Assembly: GCF_000253055.1 (NCBI RefSeq)
Contig: NC_016070.1
Location: forward strand, 1,020,001-1,052,000
Origin: Thermoproteus tenax Kra 1
GTDB lineage: Archaea; Thermoproteota; Thermoprotei; Thermoproteales; Thermoproteaceae
Reading direction: 5' to 3'
Length of the DNA: 32,000 nucleotides
How positions within the stretch are numbered: position 1 is the first letter of the stretch; each line of letters starts with the position of its first letter. A program made the position numbers and the translations under genes. The notes beneath the pieces are model-generated. The model did not search any database. It was given only the letters and a program-made list of their open reading frames with translations, and was not told the origin of the DNA. This document shows, in pieces, positions 8,267 through 17,535 of the stretch.

Positions 8267-8611
8267 CTAGACGCAGCCCGTCGGCTTCGGCGCTCCTGCC
8301 ACCTTACAGGCGCCGTTGGCAGGCCCCGAGGGAAACAGCTGGTAGATCTTATCGAGGGTGAACCCCGTCTCCTTCAACAACATCTTTATAGGCGGACACA
8401 CGCCGTAGGTCTCCCAATACTCTCTAAGGTACTTAACCACCTTCCAGTGCTCCTCTGTCATCCTCTGTATGCCCTCGAGCTCGCGCGCCATCCACTCGGC
8501 AACTTTTTCGTTCCATGCCTCTGGGTTTGACAGGAAACATTCTTCGTCTAATACTACTGTTACATCGTCTACTTTATACTCCCCTGGACATTTCACCGGC
8601 ATAGCGTTCAT
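8267..8611 (-). CDS. dsrC: DsrC sulfur carrier protein
   Basis: 114 aa; C-terminal CKVAGAPKPTGCV with both conserved cysteines; MTEEHWKVVKYLREYWETYGVCPPIK. ATG 8602 (MPVKCPG) is an alternative start. Confidence 0.93.
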   Translation of the reverse strand: MNAMPVKCPGEYKVDDVTVVLDEECFLSNPEAWNEKVAEWMARELEGIQRMTEEHWKVVKYLREYWETYGVCPPIKMLLKETGFTLDKIYQLFPSGPANGACKVAGAPKPTGCV

Positions 8612-8638
8612 TACGTATGAAATAAAAAATCTAATTAC

Positions 8639-9034
8639 TCAAATCTGAGAAATTGTATAGCCGCCGCCCAAGAGATCGTGTAGTCTCTCCTGCAGTATCG
8701 CATAAGCTATGCGGTCCCAGTGGAACATGGCGTCCCCCAGCGGTATCTCAACGCGGAGGAGCGGCAGATAGCCTCCCTCCGTGGGGATGAGCAGGAGCAA
8801 AAACTTGGTCTTTCTGCCCACCCACGGTATATCCTCTGCGGCGAACTCTATCGCGGCCTCTTTCTCTCCCTGTATCTTCACTCCGTACCATATAAAACTG
8901 AGCGTATATGAGGAGGGGGATAGGTCTGAAACTATGTACATCTTAAGTTGGGGGATATGGAAAAACTCTCTGTTTTCAGCCTGATAGGCGAGGAAGAAGG
9001 GCAGTGTCCCAGGCGGTATCTCCCTATGGCGCAT
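8639..9034 (-). CDS. Uncharacterised protein inside the dsr operon
   Basis: 131 aa; start overlaps the 3' end of dsrB by 11 nt; same strand, between dsrB and dsrC. Confidence 0.8.
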   Translation of the reverse strand: MRHREIPPGTLPFFLAYQAENREFFHIPQLKMYIVSDLSPSSYTLSFIWYGVKIQGEKEAAIEFAAEDIPWVGRKTKFLLLLIPTEGGYLPLLRVEIPLGDAMFHWDRIAYAILQERLHDLLGGGYTISQI

Positions 9035-10160
9035 CTCTGAATCCTTTGAATATGACCTCTCCTCTGGCTCTGTATGTCAGATAGGTTCTTGCGGCATCCG
9101 GCCACCATAGATACTGGGCCGCCATCTTCGGCACGCCCACTAAGTCGACGAACTTTGGCCAGCCTATTCTTTCGACGAAGTCTGCAAGCCTCTCTCCAGG
9201 TTTGGCATATGTCTTCCAGACGTCGACAACCTTTTTCACCACCGCCACTATTTCCTCATATCTCGGCGGATTTGCGGGAATCCACGGTATGAGCACTCTG
9301 GCCAGCCTGGGCCCAACGCCTGTGTTCGCCATCTTGCCGCCCACCAATATGGCCGCGCCTACGTCCTTCGGGTCGTAGTCAAAAGCGTCGCAGTTGTCCT
9401 TACAACGGCCGCAGTTGATGCACTTCTCGCCCACTAGTACAAGCTTTACTTTATCCCCCTCCCTCCTCAGCGACAGCGCGCCAGTTGGACACACTTGCAC
9501 TAGGAAAACTTGGCTCTCCGGTATTTTAGCGAGGGCTTTCGGGGGCGGCATACACAGCGGCAGCGCCTCCTCTCTTATCTTCGGCGGAGCGCCCCACATG
9601 CCGACTATAGCTATGTCGATGGCGGTGCCGCCCGCGCAACCCGAGGGGCAGCCGGACACAAAGATCCTCAGCTTTGCTGGAAGCCTCTCCTCGCCCGTGA
9701 AGTAGGGCTTGAGGGCGTCTCCAAGCGCTTTGCCGATGCTCGGCGCATCTATCACTGCGATTTGACATGTGAGAAACGCAGTACATGTGTTGATGCCCCA
9801 CAACGCCCCTCCCCAGCCTCCCACTGGGAAGCCCAACCTCTCTACCTCCTCTTTGATCTTCAGCGCTTTCTCGAGCGAGTCCGTGATAAACTCGACGTTG
9901 CCCGCTATAGTTATACGCAGAGCGCCCACGCCCAGTTTGTCGGCGATGTCGGCGAACTTCTCCAACGTGTCCACGCTGACTCTGGCGTTGGGCGGCAGAG
10001 CCGCCTTCACAGTGAACACTCTCTCGCCCATCTCAGAGACGTGCTCTATAATGCCGGGGCCATGGAACCTCCTCTCTTTCCACTTGCCGTAGTTCCGCTT
10101 GACTATATCCGGCAGGAATCTGTCAAGCTCGTTGGGTATGTTCAACTGTATGGCGCTCAT
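9024..10160 (-). CDS. dsrB: Dissimilatory sulfite reductase beta subunit
   Basis: NTCTAFLTCQ ... VSGCPSGCAGG siroheme/Fe-S cysteines; ferredoxin motif CINCGRCKDNC. Confidence 0.93.
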   Translation of the reverse strand: MSAIQLNIPNELDRFLPDIVKRNYGKWKERRFHGPGIIEHVSEMGERVFTVKAALPPNARVSVDTLEKFADIADKLGVGALRITIAGNVEFITDSLEKALKIKEEVERLGFPVGGWGGALWGINTCTAFLTCQIAVIDAPSIGKALGDALKPYFTGEERLPAKLRIFVSGCPSGCAGGTAIDIAIVGMWGAPPKIREEALPLCMPPPKALAKIPESQVFLVQVCPTGALSLRREGDKVKLVLVGEKCINCGRCKDNCDAFDYDPKDVGAAILVGGKMANTGVGPRLARVLIPWIPANPPRYEEIVAVVKKVVDVWKTYAKPGERLADFVERIGWPKFVDLVGVPKMAAQYLWWPDAARTYLTYRARGEVIFKGFRDAP

Positions 10161-11395
10161 ATCCCCACCTCCCGTCTTAACTCCTCTGCGAACTGGGCAT
10201 ATTTCTTACGCTCCTCCTCAGGCAAGACGCGGTAGGGCACATTGTCCGGCACTTTCTCAATAAGCCTCGGGGTGTCCTCCAGCTGTATACCTGCCTTCTC
10301 TATGAATTGGTAGAGCCCGGCCATTAGGATGTAGTCGCCCAGGCGCACTTTGGCCTGCGCCTCTTTATCCCACGGCTCAATAATCTTGAACGCCAGCTCG
10401 ATACCCTTCTGCGCCTCGTCGGGCTTCAGATAGCCCACGAACCAGCCGAGCTTGGGGCCGTACCTCCCCTTCGACCCGCCGCCTACTACTACAGCCACAC
10501 GCCTCTCTCTACCTGGCTTGATGGCCGGGTACGCCCTCCTGATACAGTACATACACTTCTTGCACCTAGAGCCGTCTATCCTCAGCTCCTTCTTTTCGGC
10601 GTCCCAACTTATGGCCCCGCCGGCGCATTTAGAGACGAGGTCGTTGGGGTCCACCTCGCCGGCCTCTATCTTCCTCCTCAGAAGTTCTTGGTCCACCTCG
10701 GGGGCGCCCTTCCAGGTCCCAATGAAGCCGAGGTCCGCTCTGTTGGCTCTGCCGCAGTCCATGGGGCACCCCGAGAATTTAATCTTGAACTTGTAGGGGA
10801 ACCCCGGCACTGCGATTGCGTCTTGGATCTTCTTGTCTTTTCTAAACTCCGTGAACCACTTCAGAGTGTCGTAGAGCGCGAACTCGCAGAGGGCAGGTCC
10901 CACGCACGTATTCAGCTCTCTAATGGCGTCGCCGCTACCGCCTACGTCTGTGCCGATCTGCCTCAACGCCTCAATCATGGCGTCGCCCACCTCTTTGCTC
11001 TTCACGTTAATCACCATGGCGCCCGTCTGGCCCACAACCTCTACCAAGCCGATCCCGTACTCTCTGGCCACCTTTATAATCCCCCTCAAATAGCTCGTCG
11101 GCAGAAACCTCCCAGGCGTGTGGAAGACTCTGAAGTGCACCTCCTCTCCGCCCTTCGGCACCCAATCTCTGGCGATCCTCGCCAATACTCCCGTTAGGCG
11201 CTTCGTCTTTACTACACTGGGCCCCCACGGGCTCTTTCTGGCGACTAGGCCAACGCCGTATACGTGGAGCGGATAGCCCGTCTTCCTCATCTCCGCCACG
11301 TGGCTCGGCCACGGCCCTTTCTCCAGCTCCTTTAGGTATTGATCGGCCATCTCGAGCAGTTTGTCCGGCGGCGGCAGATTTGGGGGCGCAGCCAT
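10157..11395 (-). CDS. dsrA: Dissimilatory sulfite reductase alpha subunit
   Basis: NTCVGPALCEFALYDT ... KFSGCPMDCGRANRAD; CKKCMYC ferredoxin region; overlaps dsrB by 4 nt. Confidence 0.94.
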   Translation of the reverse strand: MAAPPNLPPPDKLLEMADQYLKELEKGPWPSHVAEMRKTGYPLHVYGVGLVARKSPWGPSVVKTKRLTGVLARIARDWVPKGGEEVHFRVFHTPGRFLPTSYLRGIIKVAREYGIGLVEVVGQTGAMVINVKSKEVGDAMIEALRQIGTDVGGSGDAIRELNTCVGPALCEFALYDTLKWFTEFRKDKKIQDAIAVPGFPYKFKIKFSGCPMDCGRANRADLGFIGTWKGAPEVDQELLRRKIEAGEVDPNDLVSKCAGGAISWDAEKKELRIDGSRCKKCMYCIRRAYPAIKPGRERRVAVVVGGGSKGRYGPKLGWFVGYLKPDEAQKGIELAFKIIEPWDKEAQAKVRLGDYILMAGLYQFIEKAGIQLEDTPRLIEKVPDNVPYRVLPEEERKKYAQFAEELRREVGI

Positions 11396-11431
11396 GTGGG
11401 AAAGCGTCCAGTATTTGATAAGCCTTATTAC

Positions 11432-12199
11432 TTATTTCAAAGTAACTTCGCTCCCAGATACTTTATATGGCGGAGACGTAATTGTGGGCTCAAAGAATAT
11501 TGTAAATGGGTGTATCATTTTTCCAAATGGGACGTATATCATTAACACCTCTGCGAGGAATATGTGCAATTTCAGCAACGGCTCCGCTTTAGCTATGGCC
11601 TCCAACGCCGCGGGTATGTTACCCGTCAGCAGATTTCTCAGCCACGGGCCGACCGTCGCTTCGTAGTTCGGGTGTATGAAGGCGGTGTTGACCAGTCCCA
11701 AAAGCACTATCGCCGTTATCAAGGACAGCGCGAACCAATCGTCGGCGAAGGTGAAGATTTTTACTACGGGCTTCGTCAGCCGCCTGGCCCAGAGCAGGCA
11801 CAGCCCTGCGGTTGCCATAGCGCCGAATAGAGTCCCCAGGCCTATGGCCAACATTTCCCTGGTCGCCGGGGCTATGCCTACTGCCGCAAGCTGCTCTGGG
11901 GTGAGGAAGAGGTCGGTGTGGCCTAGGAAGAGGGCCAGGAAGATGCCCCAGTGGAGAAGCAACGCGCCCCAGTAGAGTAGCCTATCGTTGGTATATCTCA
12001 GCGTATAAAATGTCAATATACGTTTTAATACCTCTCTAGTTCTAGCCCCTGCGCTCCAGTTGTAGGAGACTACCGCCACGGAGGCCAGGGAGGTTAGCCT
12101 CCGCGGCGAAATCCAAGCGGCTATCTTCATCAAAACTCCCACGATGAGCACCGCTAGGGCGAAATAGGGAATGCCTACGAACAATACGGCGTCCAACAT
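11432..12199 (-). CDS. dsrM: DsrM/NarI-like membrane cytochrome b subunit
   Basis: 255 aa multi-helix protein; YTNDRLLYWGALLLHWGIFLALFLGH, LLKLHIFLAEVLMIYVPFGKMIHPFTIF; directly upstream of dsrA. Confidence 0.8.
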   Translation of the reverse strand: MLDAVLFVGIPYFALAVLIVGVLMKIAAWISPRRLTSLASVAVVSYNWSAGARTREVLKRILTFYTLRYTNDRLLYWGALLLHWGIFLALFLGHTDLFLTPEQLAAVGIAPATREMLAIGLGTLFGAMATAGLCLLWARRLTKPVVKIFTFADDWFALSLITAIVLLGLVNTAFIHPNYEATVGPWLRNLLTGNIPAALEAIAKAEPLLKLHIFLAEVLMIYVPFGKMIHPFTIFFEPTITSPPYKVSGSEVTLK

Positions 12200-12379
12200 G
12201 CGATATCTCTATACGCTTATTTTATTATTCTTGTTTTCCACTTTTGAGTAACAAAATGGATTAGACGACCGCGCCTCGCCCGAGGGGGCTATGCTTTCAA
12301 TTGTGGTCGCCTTTGCCTTGAGGGGAAATTTCTCATAGTTGAATAAGAAGAAAAATAACATTTGATACAGTGCCGGTTG

Positions 12380-13795
12380 ATGCATGTAGCGGAGTTCAAG
12401 CTGGGGGATACTTCGGCTATCAAGCCTCTCAAAGCCCCGGAGTCTTTGGTCAAAAAGCTCCACGAGCGCGTCGGGCTCAAAATCCCTGAAGATAAATATA
12501 AATATTTCCTCGATAGACTTAGAGAGGAGTATAGGAAAAATAGAAACATTAAAATCGCAGTGGATACATGCGTACACTGTGGCGCATGCATTGATGCTTG
12601 TCCAACTTATTTGACCACAAAAGATCCAAAGAACTCCCCAGTGGGACGCGCCGAGCTTATCAGGCGCGTATTGAAGAGGGGCTCTGTTACAGACGCCGAC
12701 CTTGATGAGATCTACACCTACTACTGGCAGTGTCTAACATGTAGGAGGTGCGGCTACGTCTGTCCCTTCGGCATAGATCAAGCGGATATCACTAGGTTTG
12801 TCCGCGGCGTATTATATGAGATCGGGATGGTGAGCAGATATGCGGCTATGACGATAGACGCCCACGAGACTAGCGGCAACGCTATGAAAATAACGCCGGC
12901 GGCTGCAGTCAATATATTGAACTACTTCGCAGAAGAGATAAAGGCCGAGAAAGGCGTCGAGGTTACTTACTATGTATACCGCCACGACCAGAAGAAGATG
13001 ATAAAGTTTGTCGGCAAAAACGCAGTGGGCGAAATACCTAGAGACAGCCCCGAGTGGCCCGAAGCGGTCCTTTTCCCCTCCTCTGCAGACCTCTTCCTCA
13101 ACACAGAGACTCTCAAAGGCTATCTCACATTCCTAAACGCTGTAAAAATAAGATTTGCCGTCCACACCGGATGTACTGAGGTGGCGAACTTCGGGCTATG
13201 GACTCACGAGAAACACATGGAGTACATCGGCAACATATACTGCAACGCCGCGAAAGAGCTCGGAGCAAAATATGCGATATTCGGCGAGTGCGGACACGGC
13301 TGGAGGGCGTTTAAAAACGTAGTGGCTCCGAGGCTTGAGAAGGAGGGCATCAAGGTCTACCATATACACCATCTCGTTGTCAAGGCTATTAAGGAGGGCA
13401 AAATAAAGCTGGATCCTGAGGCCAACGGAGATAAAGTGTATATGTACCAGGATCCATGTCAGTATAGCAGAGGCGGCGACCTCTACGAGGAGCCGCGGTT
13501 TATTATAAGCCGCGTAGTAAAGAGGTGGGTCGAGTGTCCGCAGAACCGCCAGCTCAACTGGTGTTGCGGCGGCCAGGCGGGCATGCTTGCGGACGAGATG
13601 AAGCCTCTGAGGCTCCAGTACGCAAGGCTGTGGTACGAGTGCGCTATAAACGCAGGCGCAGAGCACGTGGTAAGACCTTGCTCAATGTGCAAGGGAACTC
13701 TCAATTCTATTATAGGAGATCTCAATAAGATATACAGGCGCAATTTGACGTATGGAGGACTAATGGACCTAGTATACAGAGCCTTGGTGCTCTAG
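12380..13795 (+). CDS. dsrK: DsrK, HdrD-like iron-sulfur protein
   Basis: CVHCGACIDACP and CLTCRRCGYVCP clusters, plus CCG-type regions GECGHGWRA and WCCGGQAG. ATG 12380 chosen over 12362. Confidence 0.88.
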   Translation: MHVAEFKLGDTSAIKPLKAPESLVKKLHERVGLKIPEDKYKYFLDRLREEYRKNRNIKIAVDTCVHCGACIDACPTYLTTKDPKNSPVGRAELIRRVLKRGSVTDADLDEIYTYYWQCLTCRRCGYVCPFGIDQADITRFVRGVLYEIGMVSRYAAMTIDAHETSGNAMKITPAAAVNILNYFAEEIKAEKGVEVTYYVYRHDQKKMIKFVGKNAVGEIPRDSPEWPEAVLFPSSADLFLNTETLKGYLTFLNAVKIRFAVHTGCTEVANFGLWTHEKHMEYIGNIYCNAAKELGAKYAIFGECGHGWRAFKNVVAPRLEKEGIKVYHIHHLVVKAIKEGKIKLDPEANGDKVYMYQDPCQYSRGGDLYEEPRFIISRVVKRWVECPQNRQLNWCCGGQAGMLADEMKPLRLQYARLWYECAINAGAEHVVRPCSMCKGTLNSIIGDLNKIYRRNLTYGGLMDLVYRALVL

Positions 13796-13884
13796 TATAC
13801 ACTCTGTTCACAAAAACTAATATTTGTTCCAGTTCCGATATTACGCAAGAACAAGGCATTTATTACAATTGATCGTTCCTACAT

Positions 13885-14457
13885 ATGGCTTACGAACTAG
13901 ACTTTTACGCCGCCAAAATACTCGAGATAATAGCAGACGAGGAGGTCAGAGGGGCGCACGGGATTACCCCCTACCAAATTATGCGCAGGCTGGAGGCGTA
14001 CCCCTCCTTCCTATACAAAAACGTGAAAAATCTAGAGAGGCGGGGGCTTATAGCGTGCACCAGAGGCTCTCGGGGGAGGCTCTGTTCCGTCACTATCAGT
14101 GGCCTACTCGCCTATCTTAAAAACGGCGGAGACCCGGACAAATACGTGCGGCTCTTCTTTAGAAAACTCGGTTTCGAGAGCCTGCCGGTCGCTCCAGATG
14201 AGGCGAAGAATATCTTGCGCCTGCTCGTTAACGACTCGGCGATCCCCAGAGATTTAAACGACCTGTTCACCTGGGCTCTACTATACTGTAAATACTATTT
14301 TGTAACAAAGTTCCTCAGGGCCCTCTCGACACTGTTGGATATTAGGGTCGTAGTTACGCCCCAGAGGGTGTATGTGAAGAGGGGGAATATAGAGGTGTGT
14401 TCGTGCGAAAAACGTAGCTGCGACGAGTGCAGAGTTAGGGCTCTGCTAAATTCCTGA
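13885..14457 (+). CDS. Winged-helix protein with C-terminal cysteine cluster
   Basis: 190 aa; GITPYQIMRRLEAYPSFLYKNVKNLERRGLIACTR..VTISGLLAYLKNG; C-terminal CSCEKRSCDECR. Confidence 0.75.
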   Translation: MAYELDFYAAKILEIIADEEVRGAHGITPYQIMRRLEAYPSFLYKNVKNLERRGLIACTRGSRGRLCSVTISGLLAYLKNGGDPDKYVRLFFRKLGFESLPVAPDEAKNILRLLVNDSAIPRDLNDLFTWALLYCKYYFVTKFLRALSTLLDIRVVVTPQRVYVKRGNIEVCSCEKRSCDECRVRALLNS

Positions 14458-14893
14458 CCTCTTTTCCAACGGCTCTAGCTATTAGCAATAGGTAATAGAT
14501 GCCTCTCCTCGTATCCTCGTCCCTCAGAAGCCCCAGGATGTCCGATATTCCCACCCTCTTTTTCATGCCCCTCTCTATCTCAGGGTCGGCTATAGCGTTG
14601 ACGAGCGCCATGAGGTGCTGCGAGCGGGTGAGGGTATCTAACGCCGTGCCCAACAGCCGCACGGCCCGGCCTATCTCCTCCACTATCTCGTCGGTTACTA
14701 TATCGTGGAGCATCTTGATAGTAGCCGCGAGCTCGACCAACGTGTCGAGCGTCCCGCTCCTCACGAGGAACTCGAGCGCGGCTTTTGCTCTGGCGTCTAC
14801 CTCCTCCTGGGAAATTGGAGGGACCGCCCCCTTGATCTCCTCGGTGGCGTGCCATCTGCGGCGGATCTCCGCGTCCCTCTGTGGCGCCGTCAT
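14435..14893 (-). CDS. DUF1641-like helical protein
   Basis: MTAPQRDAEIRRR...; ATG 14893 overlaps the stop of the upstream gene (ATGA). The family call rests on helical composition and pairing with an SQR-like gene. Confidence 0.6.
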   Translation of the reverse strand: MTAPQRDAEIRRRWHATEEIKGAVPPISQEEVDARAKAALEFLVRSGTLDTLVELAATIKMLHDIVTDEIVEEIGRAVRLLGTALDTLTRSQHLMALVNAIADPEIERGMKKRVGISDILGLLRDEDTRRGIYYLLLIARAVGKEVRNLAEP

Positions 14894-16083
14894 ATGAGCC
14901 CCCTCAGAGTGAGCGGTATTGAGAGGTAGTACATCTTCATTATCCACCACCCCCAATCGGTGGGCACGAAGGGGTCTGCTTTATGGCCGTAGTTCCACCA
15001 CGGCATCCAAGCCCTCCCTTTATATGGCCAGTTGGCCGGCGCCGGCACGTCTGACAGAAGCGGGCAGATCGCCTCCCCCTGATACAGCCTTCTGCAGCCC
15101 AGCCCCTTGATTTCACACGATATGTTGTAGGCCACGACGTTGGCCTGGTAGTGGGCCGTGGCGCCGGCCCTCGCTACGCCTATGGAGGCCACGTCCCCCA
15201 GGATGTAGACATCGTCGTAGTGCTCCTTGCCCCTTCTATACTGTAGAGTCCTCCGGTCCGCCGGCAGAAAGCCGAAGGGGTTTCCTATCTCCGACTTAGC
15301 CACAGCCTCGGGCCCGCGGTGTAGCGGCACCGAGATCAATAGGTCGTACTTCACTTTCTCCCCGCTTTCCGAGATCACCACTTTCTCCTTTGGGTCCACC
15401 TCAGCGGCTGAGAAGTTAAATATGACGTTGAGCCCACGCTCTTGGAACGCGAGGAGGAGCTCCTTGTTTACCTCAGGCTGCGCGTGGAGGTGGTCCGTGG
15501 GAGTGAGCAGATAGTACTCCACCTGGGCTCTAGTCTGGGTTATATGGCGAAGGTAGCCATCTATTAACAGAGAGCTCTTGGCTGGGGCTATTGGGCATTT
15601 AATTGGCTCATCAGGCATTACTACCAGCTGTACTATACGTCCACGTTTGAATTCTCTAAGCTTGTTCCTAAGCTCTACCACTTTTTCAAGCGGGCCATAG
15701 TAGGTGTTGTAGTCGTTTGAGAGACCCGGCGGATAGCTTAAGTCGTAGCGCGCCCCCAGCGCGATGACGAGGTAGTCATAGCTGTGTCTAACGCCGTCGT
15801 GCGTCTCCACAGCTCTGTTTTTCAGATCTATCTTTGTTACATCTCCCTTGTAGAAGGTTATAACCGGATCCAACAATTCCCTTTTTCTGTATATAATATC
15901 TTCTTGTCTTAGTTGATCTACAAGGAGGAGGGTATATCCAGCCTCTAGCACATAGCTGTCGGTTCTGTCGATGACCTTCACCTCCACCTCTCCCCTCACG
16001 GCCTCCCTCCTTAGATCTCGGCTGAGTTTGTTTGCAACTATCAACCCGGCGGTGCCTGCGCCCAAGATCAGCACGCGTTTCAT
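14890..16083 (-). CDS. sqr: Sulfide:quinone oxidoreductase-like FAD-dependent oxidoreductase
   Basis: N-terminal VLILGAGTAGLIVANKL dinucleotide-binding motif; IKCPIAPAKSSLLID; VYILGDVASIGVARAGATAHYQANVV. Confidence 0.8.
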   Translation of the reverse strand: MKRVLILGAGTAGLIVANKLSRDLRREAVRGEVEVKVIDRTDSYVLEAGYTLLLVDQLRQEDIIYRKRELLDPVITFYKGDVTKIDLKNRAVETHDGVRHSYDYLVIALGARYDLSYPPGLSNDYNTYYGPLEKVVELRNKLREFKRGRIVQLVVMPDEPIKCPIAPAKSSLLIDGYLRHITQTRAQVEYYLLTPTDHLHAQPEVNKELLLAFQERGLNVIFNFSAAEVDPKEKVVISESGEKVKYDLLISVPLHRGPEAVAKSEIGNPFGFLPADRRTLQYRRGKEHYDDVYILGDVASIGVARAGATAHYQANVVAYNISCEIKGLGCRRLYQGEAICPLLSDVPAPANWPYKGRAWMPWWNYGHKADPFVPTDWGWWIMKMYYLSIPLTLRGLI

Positions 16084-16191
16084 GCGCGAGCTTGGCGATA
16101 CTCTTATTAGCGTTATTCTACATTTTTGAGAAAATTGTTATTACAGAGAAATGGGTAATAATCTATTTACCCGACGACGGAAGGGCGTTGC

Positions 16192-17535
16192 GTGATTCCC
16201 AGGGTTGTGGTGTCGTCCTTTAAAGGCATGTCGGGGAAGACCATAGTCTCGCTGGCGCTCATGTACGGCCTCTCCAGGAGGGGGCTTAGGGTTGCCCCCT
16301 TCAAGGTGGGGCCCGACTACATCGACCCCAGCTACCACGCGGCGGCGGCTGGGAGGCCCAGCAGAAACCTCGACGCGGTTCTGATGGGGGAGAGGGGGGT
16401 GGTGGAGCGCTTCGCCAAATTCTCGAGGGGCGCGGACATCGCCGTTGTGGAGGGGGTCCAGGGCCTCTACGACTCCTTCGACGGCGTCTCCGAGCTGGGC
16501 TCCACGGCGCAGGTGGCCAAGCTGTTGAGGGCCCCCGTGGTCCTCGTGTTGAACGGGGAGAGGGTGAACAGAACTCTCAGGGCCGTGGTGAGGGGGCTGA
16601 GGCAGTTCGACCCGGAGGTTAAAATCCCGGGAGTAGTTTTAACAAACGTCACTAGGAGCCAGGCGGAGAAGCTGAGGAGGGCCCTCCCCGAGGAGGGCGT
16701 GGAGGTGCTGGGCGCGGTGCCGAGGAGCGAGAGGCTGGCGGAGGCCTTCTCCTACAGACACCTCGGCCTCACGCCGGTGGGCGAGAGGGGCGATGTCCCC
16801 AACATAGTGGAGGCCCTCGAGAAATACGTCCTGCCCTACATCGACCTTGACGCCGTCGTGGCCCTGGCTAAATCGGCGGGCGATCTGCCCTATGACGCCG
16901 ACGAGGGGGACCCCGCGGGGTCGGGCACGTGCAGAATCGGCATCGTCCTCGACAGAGCCTTCACCTTCTACTACCCCGAGGTCTTCGAGGAGGCCAAGTC
17001 TCTGGGGGAGGTGGTGTTTCTAGACTCGCTGGAGATGCAGGAGCTGCCCCCGGTGGACGTGGTCTTCATAGGCGGGGGCTTCCCCGAGACCTCCGCCGAG
17101 GAGCTGGAGAGGAACAGAGCCTTCAGATCCTCGCTTTTGAGGTACATCGAGCGGGGAGGCAGGCTGTACGCCGAGTGCGGCGGCCTCATGTACCTCACCT
17201 CCTCCATAGTGGTAGAGGGCTCGGAGTACGAGATGGTCGGCGCGATAGACGCCGTAACTGTGATGTTGAAGAGGCCGGTGGGGAGGGGGTACGCCTGGGG
17301 CGTAGTCGAGGGGAGGACCCCCGTCGCCCCTCCGGGGACCAGGCTGGTGGGGCACGAGTTCCACTACTCCAAGCTCGTCCTCAGGGAGAGGGTGGAGGCC
17401 GCTATAAGGCTGGAGAGGGGGGTCGGGATCGGCGGCGGCAGAGACGGCGTTGTGAAGGGCAATATGCACGCGCAGTACCTCCACCTGCACCCCTACACCT
17501 ACAGCGCTTTGAGGGCGCTATGCCGCTCTACGTAG
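16192..17535 (+). CDS. cbiA: Cobyrinate a,c-diamide synthase family, possible siroheme amidase (CbiA/DsrN)
   Basis: VSSFKGMSGKTIVSLALMYGLSRRG P-loop; FKVGPDYIDPSYH; C-terminal amidotransferase domain with ECGGLMYL and VGHEFHYS. Confidence 0.88.
   Translation: MIPRVVVSSFKGMSGKTIVSLALMYGLSRRGLRVAPFKVGPDYIDPSYHAAAAGRPSRNLDAVLMGERGVVERFAKFSRGADIAVVEGVQGLYDSFDGVSELGSTAQVAKLLRAPVVLVLNGERVNRTLRAVVRGLRQFDPEVKIPGVVLTNVTRSQAEKLRRALPEEGVEVLGAVPRSERLAEAFSYRHLGLTPVGERGDVPNIVEALEKYVLPYIDLDAVVALAKSAGDLPYDADEGDPAGSGTCRIGIVLDRAFTFYYPEVFEEAKSLGEVVFLDSLEMQELPPVDVVFIGGGFPETSAEELERNRAFRSSLLRYIERGGRLYAECGGLMYLTSSIVVEGSEYEMVGAIDAVTVMLKRPVGRGYAWGVVEGRTPVAPPGTRLVGHEFHYSKLVLRERVEAAIRLERGVGIGGGRDGVVKGNMHAQYLHLHPYTYSALRALCRST

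Noticed and set aside
16929-17519. Extension of the methyltransferase ORF into cbiA
   Set aside because: Arg/Gly-rich out-of-frame reading of cbiA; the methyltransferase starts [12 protein letters not shown] at 17520.
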